Below are positions 13,541-23,790 of a stretch of 64,000 nt of DNA, in pieces (position 1 is the stretch's first letter; each line of letters opens with the position of its first letter). Both the position numbers and the translations under genes were made by a program. Source of the DNA: Takakia lepidozioides (lineage: Eukaryota; Plantae; Bryophyta); NCBI GenBank assembly GCA_030704615.1, contig CM060731.1:61752001-61816000 (forward strand), written 5' to 3'. The notes under the pieces were generated by a model that saw nothing but the letters and a program-made list of their open reading frames with translations, made no database searches and was not told the origin of the DNA.

Positions 13541-14713
13541 AACCCCCCCCCCTAAAGTGCGCTGCTGTCACCCCTAAGGCTCCTGTTGGTCTCAGTCTGT
13601 GCAAAAATTAAGGGTACCCCACAGATCCCGTAAAAGTGTCTAAGTCCCAGACAGTCCTCTAACAGTCACTGAGCAGCGCGTTGGGGGCAATTAATGCAGT
13701 GCAAACTCAAGGTCCAATATACAAGAACCTACCTAACAAGATAGCAAGAATAATCATGCAAGACACAGACTGACTGCACACTTGTTTTCCTGCAGAACTA
13801 CCTTCGTATCCTATTTTACTCTCTAAGGCAACTCTAATTAGAGTGTTTGAATCATCTATCCTGTCAATACAATGGGTCTCAGCCAAGGGAATTCCTTAAA
13901 TGTTGCCTCTCTGCTGAGTACTACCCCAGCCTGGCTTCCTTCTATGTCTTCCTAGAAATGGCCGTCTAACCCCTCTTAGTCTGCGAACTACCTCCCTTGT
14001 CCTCCTAGCTACTGCATCCCCCGTTCTCGCCGCCCTAGCAGTACTCTCTTCCTCTCCAAAATCGCAGCAGCTCTCTCCCGCACTCTGTCTCTCTCCTTGC
14101 TCTCTCTCCTATCTCCTGCTCTCAATCCTATCCAAATTGTGTCAAGTGATCCTTCTCCTTCTGCTGCGGGTTGCCTATCCCCTCCGTCAGCCTTGCGTCC
14201 TCTGCCCTCATCTCCTCATGAGTGCCTGCAGATTCCTCCTCACATCCTGTGATGATGGCAGGGCGAGTCGCTTCCCAAGAAAGTACTCGCCCTAATACAA
14301 CAGTCCGTGCTTCGTTGTGACTTGGGCCCTCGTAACCCCGGACAAGGTCGTAGCTGGAGTTGGGCTCGTAGGAAGCTTTGCCCGTAGTGCCTGCTGAGCT
14401 TGTAGCCTCCTTGTAACTCATTGCCCGATTGCAGCTCGTAGCTACTCATCATTTTGCCCGTGCTGGACCCCCCTGATGAGGCATCCGGCTTTGGTTCTGC
14501 CGAGCTCCTCGATGTCTCCCTCCCTCCCTCCTGCACCACTGCAGAGGGTCAATTTTCTGGTTTAACAGTCCTGCTTTTGAATATTGAAAAGCTTCAACTT
14601 ATCACACAGGTAAAAGACACTCTCTTTGGAATTTTCGTATCTAGCGATCGTCATCGAACTCTGTCAATAGGATTTAATTAGAAAACCACGTAGTGCTACA
14701 AGGTTTCACCAAT

Positions 14714-14731
14714 CTCCGAGGTCAGGGCCCA
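14714..14731 (-). promoter_or_regulatory. Candidate primer-binding site of the gypsy element
   Basis: Minus strand reads ...CA|CTTT|TGGGCCCTGACCTCGGAG: LTR-type CA end, short T-rich spacer, TGG start. Confidence 0.5.
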
Positions 14732-14877
14732 AAAGTGTGAGAGAATTATAAGATAATCTGTAGCTGTTCAGTACAAATGATACGCAAGAGAAGCTTCATG
14801 CTTGCAACATTTGTCTCTACATTGAAATCGGGGAGGAAGAAAGATGGAGTCGTATGTGTAGTTGTGATCATATTTTT

Positions 14878-16960
14878 CAACACTACCCTGGTGGACATGT
14901 ATGCCAAATGTGGGTGCATTGAGGATGCGAAGGGAGTTTTCAACGCTATGGCTGAACAAGATGTGGTGTCGTGGCACGCGATGCTTGCAGGGTATGCACA
15001 ACAGGGACGTGGGATGGTGGCTTTGGAGACCTATGATCAAATGATGGGGGAAGGGGTGAAGCCCAACCACATCACGTTTGTGTGCATTTGCAATGCATGT
15101 GCAAGCCTGGCAGCCCTGGAAAAGGGCAAAGAGGTGCATGGTTGCGTCGCGAAAGTTGGAATTGTACCACATGTCATTCTGAACTCTACCCTCATGGACA
15201 TGTATACCAAATGTGGGAGGCATTTCAGCAGATTCAGATACGTTTGTCTGTCTCTTGCTTAAGTGCATCAAGATGAAAGGTCTGGAAACTGGAAAGCAGG
15301 TGAACACACACATTATCCAAAGTGGATTCATGCCAAGGATGTGAAGGGAGTTCTCAACACTATGGCTGAACAAGATGTGGTGTCATGGCACGCGATGCTT
15401 GCAGGGTATGCACAGCAGGGACGTGGGTTGGTGGCTTTGGAGACCTATGATCAAATGATGGGGGAAGGGCTGAAGCCTAACCACATCACATTTGTGTGTG
15501 ATTGCAATGTTTGTGCAAGTCTGGCAGCCCTGGAAAAGGGCAAAGAGGTCCATGGTGACATTGTCAAATCTGGAATTGTACCAGATGTCATTCTGAACTC
15601 TTCCCTTGTGGACATGTATGCCAAATGTGGGAGGCATTTCAGCAGATTCAGATACGTTTGTCTGTCTCTTGCTTAAGTGTATCAAGATGAAAGGTCTGGA
15701 AACTGGAAAGCAGGTGCACACTCACATTATCCAAAGTGGATTCACGCAGTTTGCATTATTAACACGGTTTGCAAACTTGAGTCGAAGGGGTGATGCCCGG
15801 CGAAATGTGGGTGCATCGAGGATGCGGAGGGAGTGTTTGATAGTATTGTCGTGGAGTGCGATGATTGCAGTGTATGCACAGCAAGGGCGCGACATGGAGG
15901 CTTTGGAGACCTATGAGCAAATGATGGGGGAAGGGGTGAAGCCCGACCACATCACGTTTGTTTCCGTTTGCAATGCCTGTGCAAGCCTGGCAGCCCTGGA
16001 AAAGGGCAAAGAGGTCCATGGTGGCATCATCAAATCTGGAATTGTACCCGATGTCATTCTGAACACTGCCCTGGTGAAAATGTATGTCAAACGTGCGTGC
16101 ATCGTGGATCCACAGGGACAGTATGGCTGAACGAGATGTTCGTGGAACGCGATGCTTGCAGGGTATGCATAGCAGGGGCACGGGATGGAGGCTTTGGAGA
16201 CCTATGAGCAGATGATGGGGGAAGGGGTGAAGCCCGACCACATCACGTTTGTGTTCGTTTGCAGTGCTTGAACAATACCCTTGTGGACGTGTATGCCAAA
16301 TGTGGGAGCATTGAGGATGCGGAGGGGGTGTTCCATAGTATTGTTGAACGAGATTTGGTATCATGGAACGCCATGCTTGCAGGATATGCACAACAGGGGC
16401 GCGGGATGGAGCATTGCAGACCTATGAACAAATGATGGGGGAAGGGGTGAAGCCCGACCGCATCACCTTTATATGTGTTCTCTCTGCATGCAGCCACACT
16501 GGCCTACTGAATGAAGGAAGACGCTACTTCGATTCCCTGAGTCAAGATCATGGTGTCACTCTGACAGTAAAGCACTTTGGCTGCATGGTGGAACTTCTTG
16601 GACGTGCGGGACAACTGGATGAGGCAGTGGACCTGATTAATAAAATGCCAATCAATCCAGATGTTGTGGTGTGGAAGGCCTTGCTTGGTGCCTGTAGAAT
16701 CCATTTCAAAGTAGGGATGGCTGAACGTGCGGGAACATCCATCCTCAAGTGGGATGAATAGGATGCCGCTACTTATGTGTTGCTATCAAACATCTATGCT
16801 GCAGCTGGCAGGTGGGATGATACTGTAAATGTGAGAAGAATGATGAAGGTCAGAGGGGTTAGAAAAGAGCCAGGTCGCTCCTGCATTGGGGTTGGCAATA
16901 GGGTGCACACCTTCGTTGTAGATGACAAGTTGCATCCCAGAATTAAGGAAATCCATGCTG
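14878..16960 (+). pseudogene. PLS-PPR pseudogene with P2-L2-S2, E1/E2 and the E+/PG-box start of DYW
   Basis: ITFICVLSACSHTGLLNEGRRYF..HFGCMVELLGRAGQLDEA..VVWKALLGACRIH..YVLLSNIYAAAGRWDD..GVRKEPGRSCI..HPRIKEIHA. Internal stop at ~16759 and several frameshifts; the DYW catalytic part is missing. Confidence 0.92.
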
Positions 16961-17251
16961 TCATTTTTCTGTGTCCTGCCTGTTTGTTCAACCATGCGGA
17001 ATCTATCATGTATGCTCTACAGCTTCCCACTATAATGGGAGTTCCCATGGTCACTGCTCTTTAAGTTAATAGCAGATTGAGGGTTTGTCTTGGTAAGTTG
17101 GGGTCTGAGCTTTTCCAACTAGAGCTTATGGAAGCCAATGGAGAGTATCAAGAAGTAGAGTGAGGAAAAAGATTTGCTTGAAAGCAAACCGGCTCAGAAG
17201 GATACTCTCCAGAAGGAAACTCTCAAGAAGAACCTCATGTAATTGTGACAG

Positions 17252-17346
17252 GAAGTTTTACGGAGACGGAGTTAGGTGAAGTAAGATTTCCAAAGATTAG
17301 TACACCCATTCTTCATAAAGTTTGTCAGTACTTTTGTTGGTCCTAA
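17252..17346 (+). pseudogene. Orphan Elongin C (SKP1-like) exon
   Basis: After acceptor TGACAG it translates GSFTETELGEVRFPKISTPILHKVCQYFCWS*, matching the plant Elongin C segment (G.F.E...G.V.FP.IST.IL.K.CQYF.WS). Not in the ORF track. Confidence 0.75.
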
Positions 17347-17934
17347 TAGCTGATGAAATTAGTAAAGAGGTCTAGCTGATAGTTATGTCTCTTCAAGATG
17401 TTGAGAGTCCAAATTTGGTGACACTCCTTACATGTGCTCTTTTATTCATACTTTCCACTTTAGGTCTAGAGTCTTTTGCTGGCATTGCAGTGGTAAGCAG
17501 ACTGAATTTCATGTTGAACCTAAAATTCTGCTGGAACTTAATGATGGCAGCCAATGATTGTTGTATGGTCTTTCTACAAAATGAGTTTTTATTGGGTCCT
17601 GGGGATGTGTACTGACCTGTGCAACTCTCCGCCATACAAAATGCTAATGTCCACCATAAAACAAAAAAAACATGTGTATAATTTCAAATAATATGGAAAA
17701 ACAAAATGTTAATGCGGACAGACAGAATCCAGATAAAATATAAACCAAGTGAAAATAAAGATGAAAAAGATATCATATAAACAACATTTATAAGCAAAAT
17801 CTACTTGTTGTATCAAAATGTGTCAGAGTCATTACACTGGTCAAATTATAATCAGATGAAACAAGCCTCGAATTGCGAAACGTAAGAGGAAGGGAAACTA
17901 CTACCACATTTTCTCCCTTGACTGTCTCATCAAA

Positions 17935-19625
17935 CTTGAATATAGCCCATCTATTTGGACGTTGTTCTCAGAAGTCGTCGCTAATAGTGCGGAGCAACGC
18001 GAAGCCCTAGTTAAATATAAGTCTATTTAAATTCTAGCGACGACCAAAGTTCGAGAGCTAGTTTAGCGTAGTGCCATAGTGCCCCGTTATCGTCGCCACG
18101 TTTCGTACGTCATCAATTTCTTTCTATCTACCCGGACTGCCCGTCCAAAAAACCACAAAGAGAAGGTTTTTCGGAGCGTGCCCGCATTGCCCGGTTCTTG
18201 AAGTTCTTGAACTGCAGGAGCTCTACATTTTCCGCCATCGTTCACCTTGCAAGCTGCAAGCCCTCAACAGTCTCGCTGCTCAATGCAAACAGTGGCTTTT
18301 CGGCTTCGGTTTTCCTGCAAAGGTTCTGCAGATCACATCATTTTGCTTGCTTAGGCTTGTGAACGCCGTTACCAATTATCGTCCCACATTGCATCAATTT
18401 CATAGGCCAAGGCCAGATTTCAAACAGAAGATTACTTCTTATTTCCCTGTGGATCCATAACTACAAGAAATCTGCGTGGGTAGATGGTCAACTGGAAACA
18501 ACAACAGCAGCAGCACAATTGAATGCATGAAGGCACCTTCTTGAACACATTTCAGCCTGTTTTTTCCTGTTATCAGAGTCGTCCCTAAATTTTCATGTTG
18601 AATTCTGCAAGTTAGCTCGTTGGTGGATCTAAGGTGGTTGGAGTGATTTTGACATGTTACTGCCAATGTGGGAACAGGAACGTATCGGAAAACAGATAAC
18701 AAAGACGAGGAGAAGCTCTGGAACGAATACGTTTCCGATGTCCTGGTATCTGCAGAAGTACTGAAGGTATGTCTTCCATTTATTTCCTTATTTAATGTCA
18801 CAAGTAAGTGCTAAGATTATTATAGGGTACAGGCAGATGTAATCTAGCAAAATGTTCATGGTCATATTTATGGAAGGGTACAGAGGTTAGAATGCTGGCT
18901 AGCTGCGAAGTGAAGAAGTTTGTCCATCCTTCAAGTTAGCTTGGTCTTAGCAGGTTGTGTTTCAATCTCTGCCTGCTCTGCTGCACCGTGGTGGTTCTCA
19001 CAAACCAATCCAACATTACCTGAAAAAAAAAAAACCCCAATTATTTACATTTATGTCCCCGTGTACAAAGGATAAATTATAAAGGGCCAGTAATTGTTGC
19101 AAGAAAGCCCATTTTGCTATTTTTCGCAAGTTTCCAACGACCAAAAGTACTTGAAATTTCATATCTCCCACACCGCAAGTTCCAAGATTATGAGACCAAG
19201 CCGGTGCACCCCTCCTCATCGAGGGCTTTCCAATGGTACCAAACACCAAGGCTGGGCCCCGCGGTTGGGGAGATCTCAACAATGATACAAAACATTGTAT
19301 TTCTTGCATATTACTGTTTAACATAACATTAATTTTAAGAATTGTGGACTAGCCTAGTGGTATGGAGGTGGTGTTGATGTGATGATGGTCTCGAGCTCAA
19401 ATTTGCATTGCGATATATACATATTTTCAAAGTTTTCGAAAAATTCAAGACACCATGAGATTTGAACCCGCGATGAGAATCGTGACAATTATGACCCTTA
19501 CCACTACGCTACCCTCCTACTCATGCTAACCCATTGCTCTAGACTTATACTAGGGCTTCGCGTTGCTCTGCACTACTAGCAACGACTTCTGAGAAGGACG
19601 TCCGGACGGATGGGCCATACTCGAG
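17935..19625. mobile_element. Non-autonomous TIR element (Pack-type) with ~85-90 bp TIRs carrying a captured gene 5' region
   Basis: 17935-18024 and 19541-19625 are inverted copies (shared core TTCTCAGAAGTCGT.GCTA.TAGTGC.GAGCAACGCGAAGCCCTAGT). No transposase; no TSD resolved. Confidence 0.8.
19450..19518 (-). other. Degenerate tRNA-Asp-like sequence (A and B boxes) inside the TIR element
   Basis: Minus strand GTAGCGTAGTGGTAAG...TTGTCACG...CGGGTTCAAATCTC; stems no longer pair. Confidence 0.45.
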
Positions 19626-19858
19626 GATCATGAGAGAGAGAGTATGGATCATGCAGCCTGCCAAAATGTCGGTCACGCAGTTCCGATTGGTGGGGGGGGG
19701 GGGGGTACAACAAGTAGATTTGGACTATGATAAATCAGTATTTTTTATTATCTGTTGTGAGCATGCATTGGGACAAAATATAGACTTTTTGAAGAGGAGA
19801 AGGAGGATAAAATATGGTGGCCCTTACATGGAACGTTTAGATGTGTCTAATTTAAGCT

Positions 19859-20616
19859 CTACCAAGCTATGCTTTTGCTCCAGTTGTCGTCATTCGACTC
19901 TCTCTCCTCTCATGCTTTGGCCAACAGTTTGAGTCTTGACCTCTTTTAGTTGGAATGAAAGCCCGTGTTTCTTGTGACGGAAATTCATCTAGTATCGGAT
20001 GTTACACTTGACTGCAATGAGATCCCCTGAACGTACGGATTCTCAATCCATTTTTTGGTCATTTTCGTTAAGGACTTCTATTGTATTGTACATCTCGTCG
20101 TTGTTTGTTTTTTGACGTTTGTTGTTACGGGACGTCGAGCCAGAGTTGTTTGCGTTAGTTTTTAGGAGCTTTTTCGTTAAGCTCATGTTGTTTCCACCCA
20201 TCCACGTCATGTCCTCGCCTCTCCTCCTCCAATTATCGAACCATTCTGTATTGTATTTACATAATTGAACAAGTAATGGTTGTCTTCTATCAATATTGTG
20301 AATTTTGCATCTTTTAGTTCTTCAGCGAAAGTCACGAATCTGTAATTCCCAATTTTGCCAAGGTAGGGGAATTTTGCAATACCTACGATGATTGTTCATG
20401 GTCTGAAGGGACGTTCCACATGGCGTTGTGGAAGTTTGCACTGTGGAAGTTTGTACTGTAAGGCAGGCGCTTCCATGTGTTCCCCACCTTTAGGGCATGA
20501 TGGTCATTGGACATGAAACTGTCATATATTACGTTTGTCATGTCTTGGTGGGTTATTTCCTGGATTTGTTGGTCCGTTATAGTGTCTATTGTGTCGGCTA
20601 TTTCCGACGATGACAT
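19859..20616 (-). pseudogene. Intronless ~250-aa gene, putative gp2.5/DUF2815-like ssDNA-binding protein (copy 1, decayed)
   Basis: Reconstructed across frameshifts: MSSSEIAD..HHALKVGNTWKRLPYSTNFHS..IIVGIAKFPYLGKIGNY..DAKFTILIED..W..WRR..DMTWMGGNN..TKK..YNTIEVLNE..VRSGDLIAVKCNIRY*.N..KKHGLSFQLKEVK/KLLAKA*EERESNDDNWSKSIAW*. Homology to ORF 54634-55185 is clear; the function call is inference. Confidence 0.6.
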
Positions 20617-21099
20617 GGTTGTTTGTGTGTATGGTGGAGAGAGAGAGAGAGGGAGGGGCAGATGAAAGTATATATCAGTGGGTTTTTTAGGAGAATTAAA
20701 CCCTAAAAGTGCGACTTTAAAATTAATCACGCTAATCTATAGAACGGTGGCTTTCTCTCTCAAACCGAGGTTGATGCTACACCGCTTTGCTGGGAAGTTA
20801 GGTGCAAAGTGCGATGTAACAGTATGTTATATTCCTCTGCTTCACCTGTACCTGGAAGCATCATTCAATTAGGGACCCTCTCACAATCGGTTATTTTTTT
20901 AGCAGCAACACCTAGTGAAGACAAAAGGCCTAGTCCATTGATGTTTGATTCAGGCCCAGCTATGCTAATTGAGGAATTCCAATAGGAGATGGCCCTTCAC
21001 TTCCTGCTCACAATTGTTTTGTTCATGTCATAAAACAGAGAACCTCACATCAAAACGTATAGGCTTACAAATACATACAGATCCATTTCCATTTTTCAG

Positions 21100-23790
21100 T
21101 GCTCAAAGACTGGCACAGGCATCAGAATACACATGAGGTTCACCTACCAGGCATAACCCATTCACAATCTCCAAAGCCTCCCTGCCACACCCAGTACATA
21201 AACAGAGTACACATAAGTTGCTTGCTTTGCATCCTAAACGTACCCACATTGGGCATATATGTCACCAGGGCAAAGTTCAGAATGAAATCTGGTACAATTC
21301 CAGCTTTGACAATGTCACCATAGACCTCTTTTGACCTTTTCCAGGGCTGCCAGGCTTGCACAAGCATTGCAATCACACAAAAACATGATGTGGTTGGGCT
21401 TCACCCCTTCCCCCATAATTTGATCATAGGTCTCCAAATCCACCATCCCACGTCCCTGCTGTGCATACCCTACGATGCTTGTGAGTGTGCACCTGCTTTC
21501 CAGCTTCCAGACCTTTCTTGGCGTGAATCCGCATCAGAGTTTGTTGGCACTAGGAAAGGGTTGAGACTGAGCTGCTCAACTACTCCCTGGTCTTACTGGG
21601 TTTACATAGTGTGCCAAGCACAACATCTGGTGCCAAAGCCTCCATCCAGTGCCCCTGCTATGCATACCCTACAAGCATCGAGTTCCATGACACCACATCT
21701 CATTCAGCCATACTGTTCTCTTCATACATGTCCACGAGGGTATTGTTCATAATGACATGTGGTACAATTGCAGCTCTGACAATGTCGCCATGGACCTCTT
21801 TGCCCTTCTCCAGAGCTGCCAGGTTTGCACACGCATTGCAAACTATCAAAGGTTCACTCAACCAGTAACTTGCAGAAATATGAAAATTGCATGCCCTTCT
21901 CCAGGGCTGCTAGGCTTGCACACGCACTGCAAACACACACAAACCTGATCAGCCCAACACCAATGGCCAGCTTCTCACTGTGGTGGCAAAGAGAAAATTC
22001 CTTTTCCTCCTTCCCCACATCATGAAATACAAAGCGCGTGTCAGGCACATACCCCGCCTCCTTTCATCTGCCCAGACAATCTTCTCAGCTCAGCATGGAT
22101 TTCCTTAATTATGGGATGCAACTTGTCATCTACAGCGAAGGTGTGCACCCTATTGCAAATCTCAATGCAGCAGCAACCTGGCTCCTTTCTAACCCCTCTG
22201 ACCTTCATCATTCTTCTCACCAACTCCTGCTTTTACGATGCAACCATGCACCCCTTTGCTCATTTCCAGGGTTGCCATGCTTGCAAACACCCAGACGTGA
22301 TGTGGTCGGGCTTCACCCCTTCCCCCATCATTTGCTCATAGGTCTCCAAAGCCTCCATCCCACGCCCCTGCTGTGCATACCCTACAAGCATCGCATTCCA
22401 CAACACCACATTTCATTCGGCGATATAGTTGAACACTGCCTTCGCATCCTCGATGCTCCCACATTTGGCATACATGTCCACGAGGGCATTGTTCAGAATA
22501 ACATCGGATACAATTCCAGCTTTGACGATGTCACCATGGACCTCTTGCCCCTTTTCCAGGGCTCCCAAGCTTGCACACGCATTGCAAACACAAACTAGGG
22601 TGATGTGGTTGGGCTTCACCCCTTCGCAGAGTACACATAAGTTCCTTGCTTTGCATCCTCACTACACCCACATTTGGCATACATGTCCACTAGGGCAGAG
22701 TTCAGAATGACATCTGGTACAATCCGAGCTTTGACAATGTCACCATGGACCTCTTTACCCTTTTCCACGGCTGTCAGGCTTGCACAAGCATTGGAATCAC
22801 CAACAAATGTGATGTGGTTGGGCTTCACCCCTTCCCCCATCAATTGATCATAGGTCTCCAAAGCCACCAACCCACGTCCCTGCTGTGCATACCCTGCAAG
22901 CATAGCGTGCCACAACACCACATCTTGTTCAGCCATAGTGTTGAAAACTCCCTTCGCATCCTTGGCATGAATCCACTTTGGATAATGTGAGTGTGCACCT
23001 GCTTTCCAGCTTCCAGACCTTTCATCTTGATGCACTTAAGCAAGAGACAGACAAACGTATCTGAATCTACTGAAATGCCTCTCACAGTAATTGGCATACA
23101 TGTCCACGAGGGTATTGTTCAGAATAACATCTGGTACAATTCAACCTTTCGCGATGTCACCATGCACCTCTTTGTCCTTTTCCAGGGCTGCCAGGCTTGC
23201 ACATACATTGCAAATGCACACACAAACGTGATGTGGTTGGGCTTCACCCCTTCCCCCATCAATTGATCATAGGTCTCCAAAGCCACCAACCCACGTCCCT
23301 GCTGTGCATACCCTGCAAGCATAGCGTGCCACAACACCACATCTTGTTCAGCCATAGTGTTGAAAACTCCCTTCGCATCCTTGGCATGAATCCACTTTGG
23401 ATAATGTGAGTGTGCACCTGCTTTCCAGCTTCCAGACCTTTCATCTTGATGCACTTAAGCAAGAGACAGACAAACGTATCTGAATCTGCTGAAATGACTC
23501 TCACAGTAATTGGCATACATGTCCACGAGGGTATTGTTCAGAATGACATCTGGTACAATTCAACCTTTCGCGATGTCACCATGCACCTCTTTGCCCTTTT
23601 CCAGGGCTGCCAGGCTTGCACATACATTGCAAATGCACACACAAACGTGATGTGGTTGGGCTTCACCCTTCCCCCATCATTTGATTACCTCTTTGCCCTT
23701 TTCCAGGGCTGCCAGACTTGTACAAGCATTGCAATCACACACAAACGTGATGTCCATTTTGTCCATTTTGTCAAACACTTCACGGATATC
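21100..23790 (-). pseudogene. Scrambled PLS-PPR array with an embedded E+/DYW N-half (21945-22220) and a 419-bp tandem duplication
   Basis: P/L/S motifs; [49 protein letters not shown] fused directly to an L motif; 22861 and 23280 start near-identical copies. Confidence 0.9.

Larger units (their letters stand above)
7184..14877 (-). mobile_element. Ty3/gypsy LTR retrotransposon (non-chromovirus type), truncated at both ends
   Basis: Order is gag (CCHC knuckles), protease (LIDGGSGVNIM), RT (WLSPIVIVPKKNG, PFGLCNAPATFQR, FLDDF), RNase H (VHCDAS, YSTTERE), then integrase N-term (GGHFG..KIL.AGYWWPT) cut at 7184. Long 5' leader; only ~140 bp of putative LTR remains. Confidence 0.93.

Noticed and set aside
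18720-18766. EYVSDVLVSAEVLK resembling an HPRT N-terminus
   Set aside because: The similarity is too short to name the donor gene.
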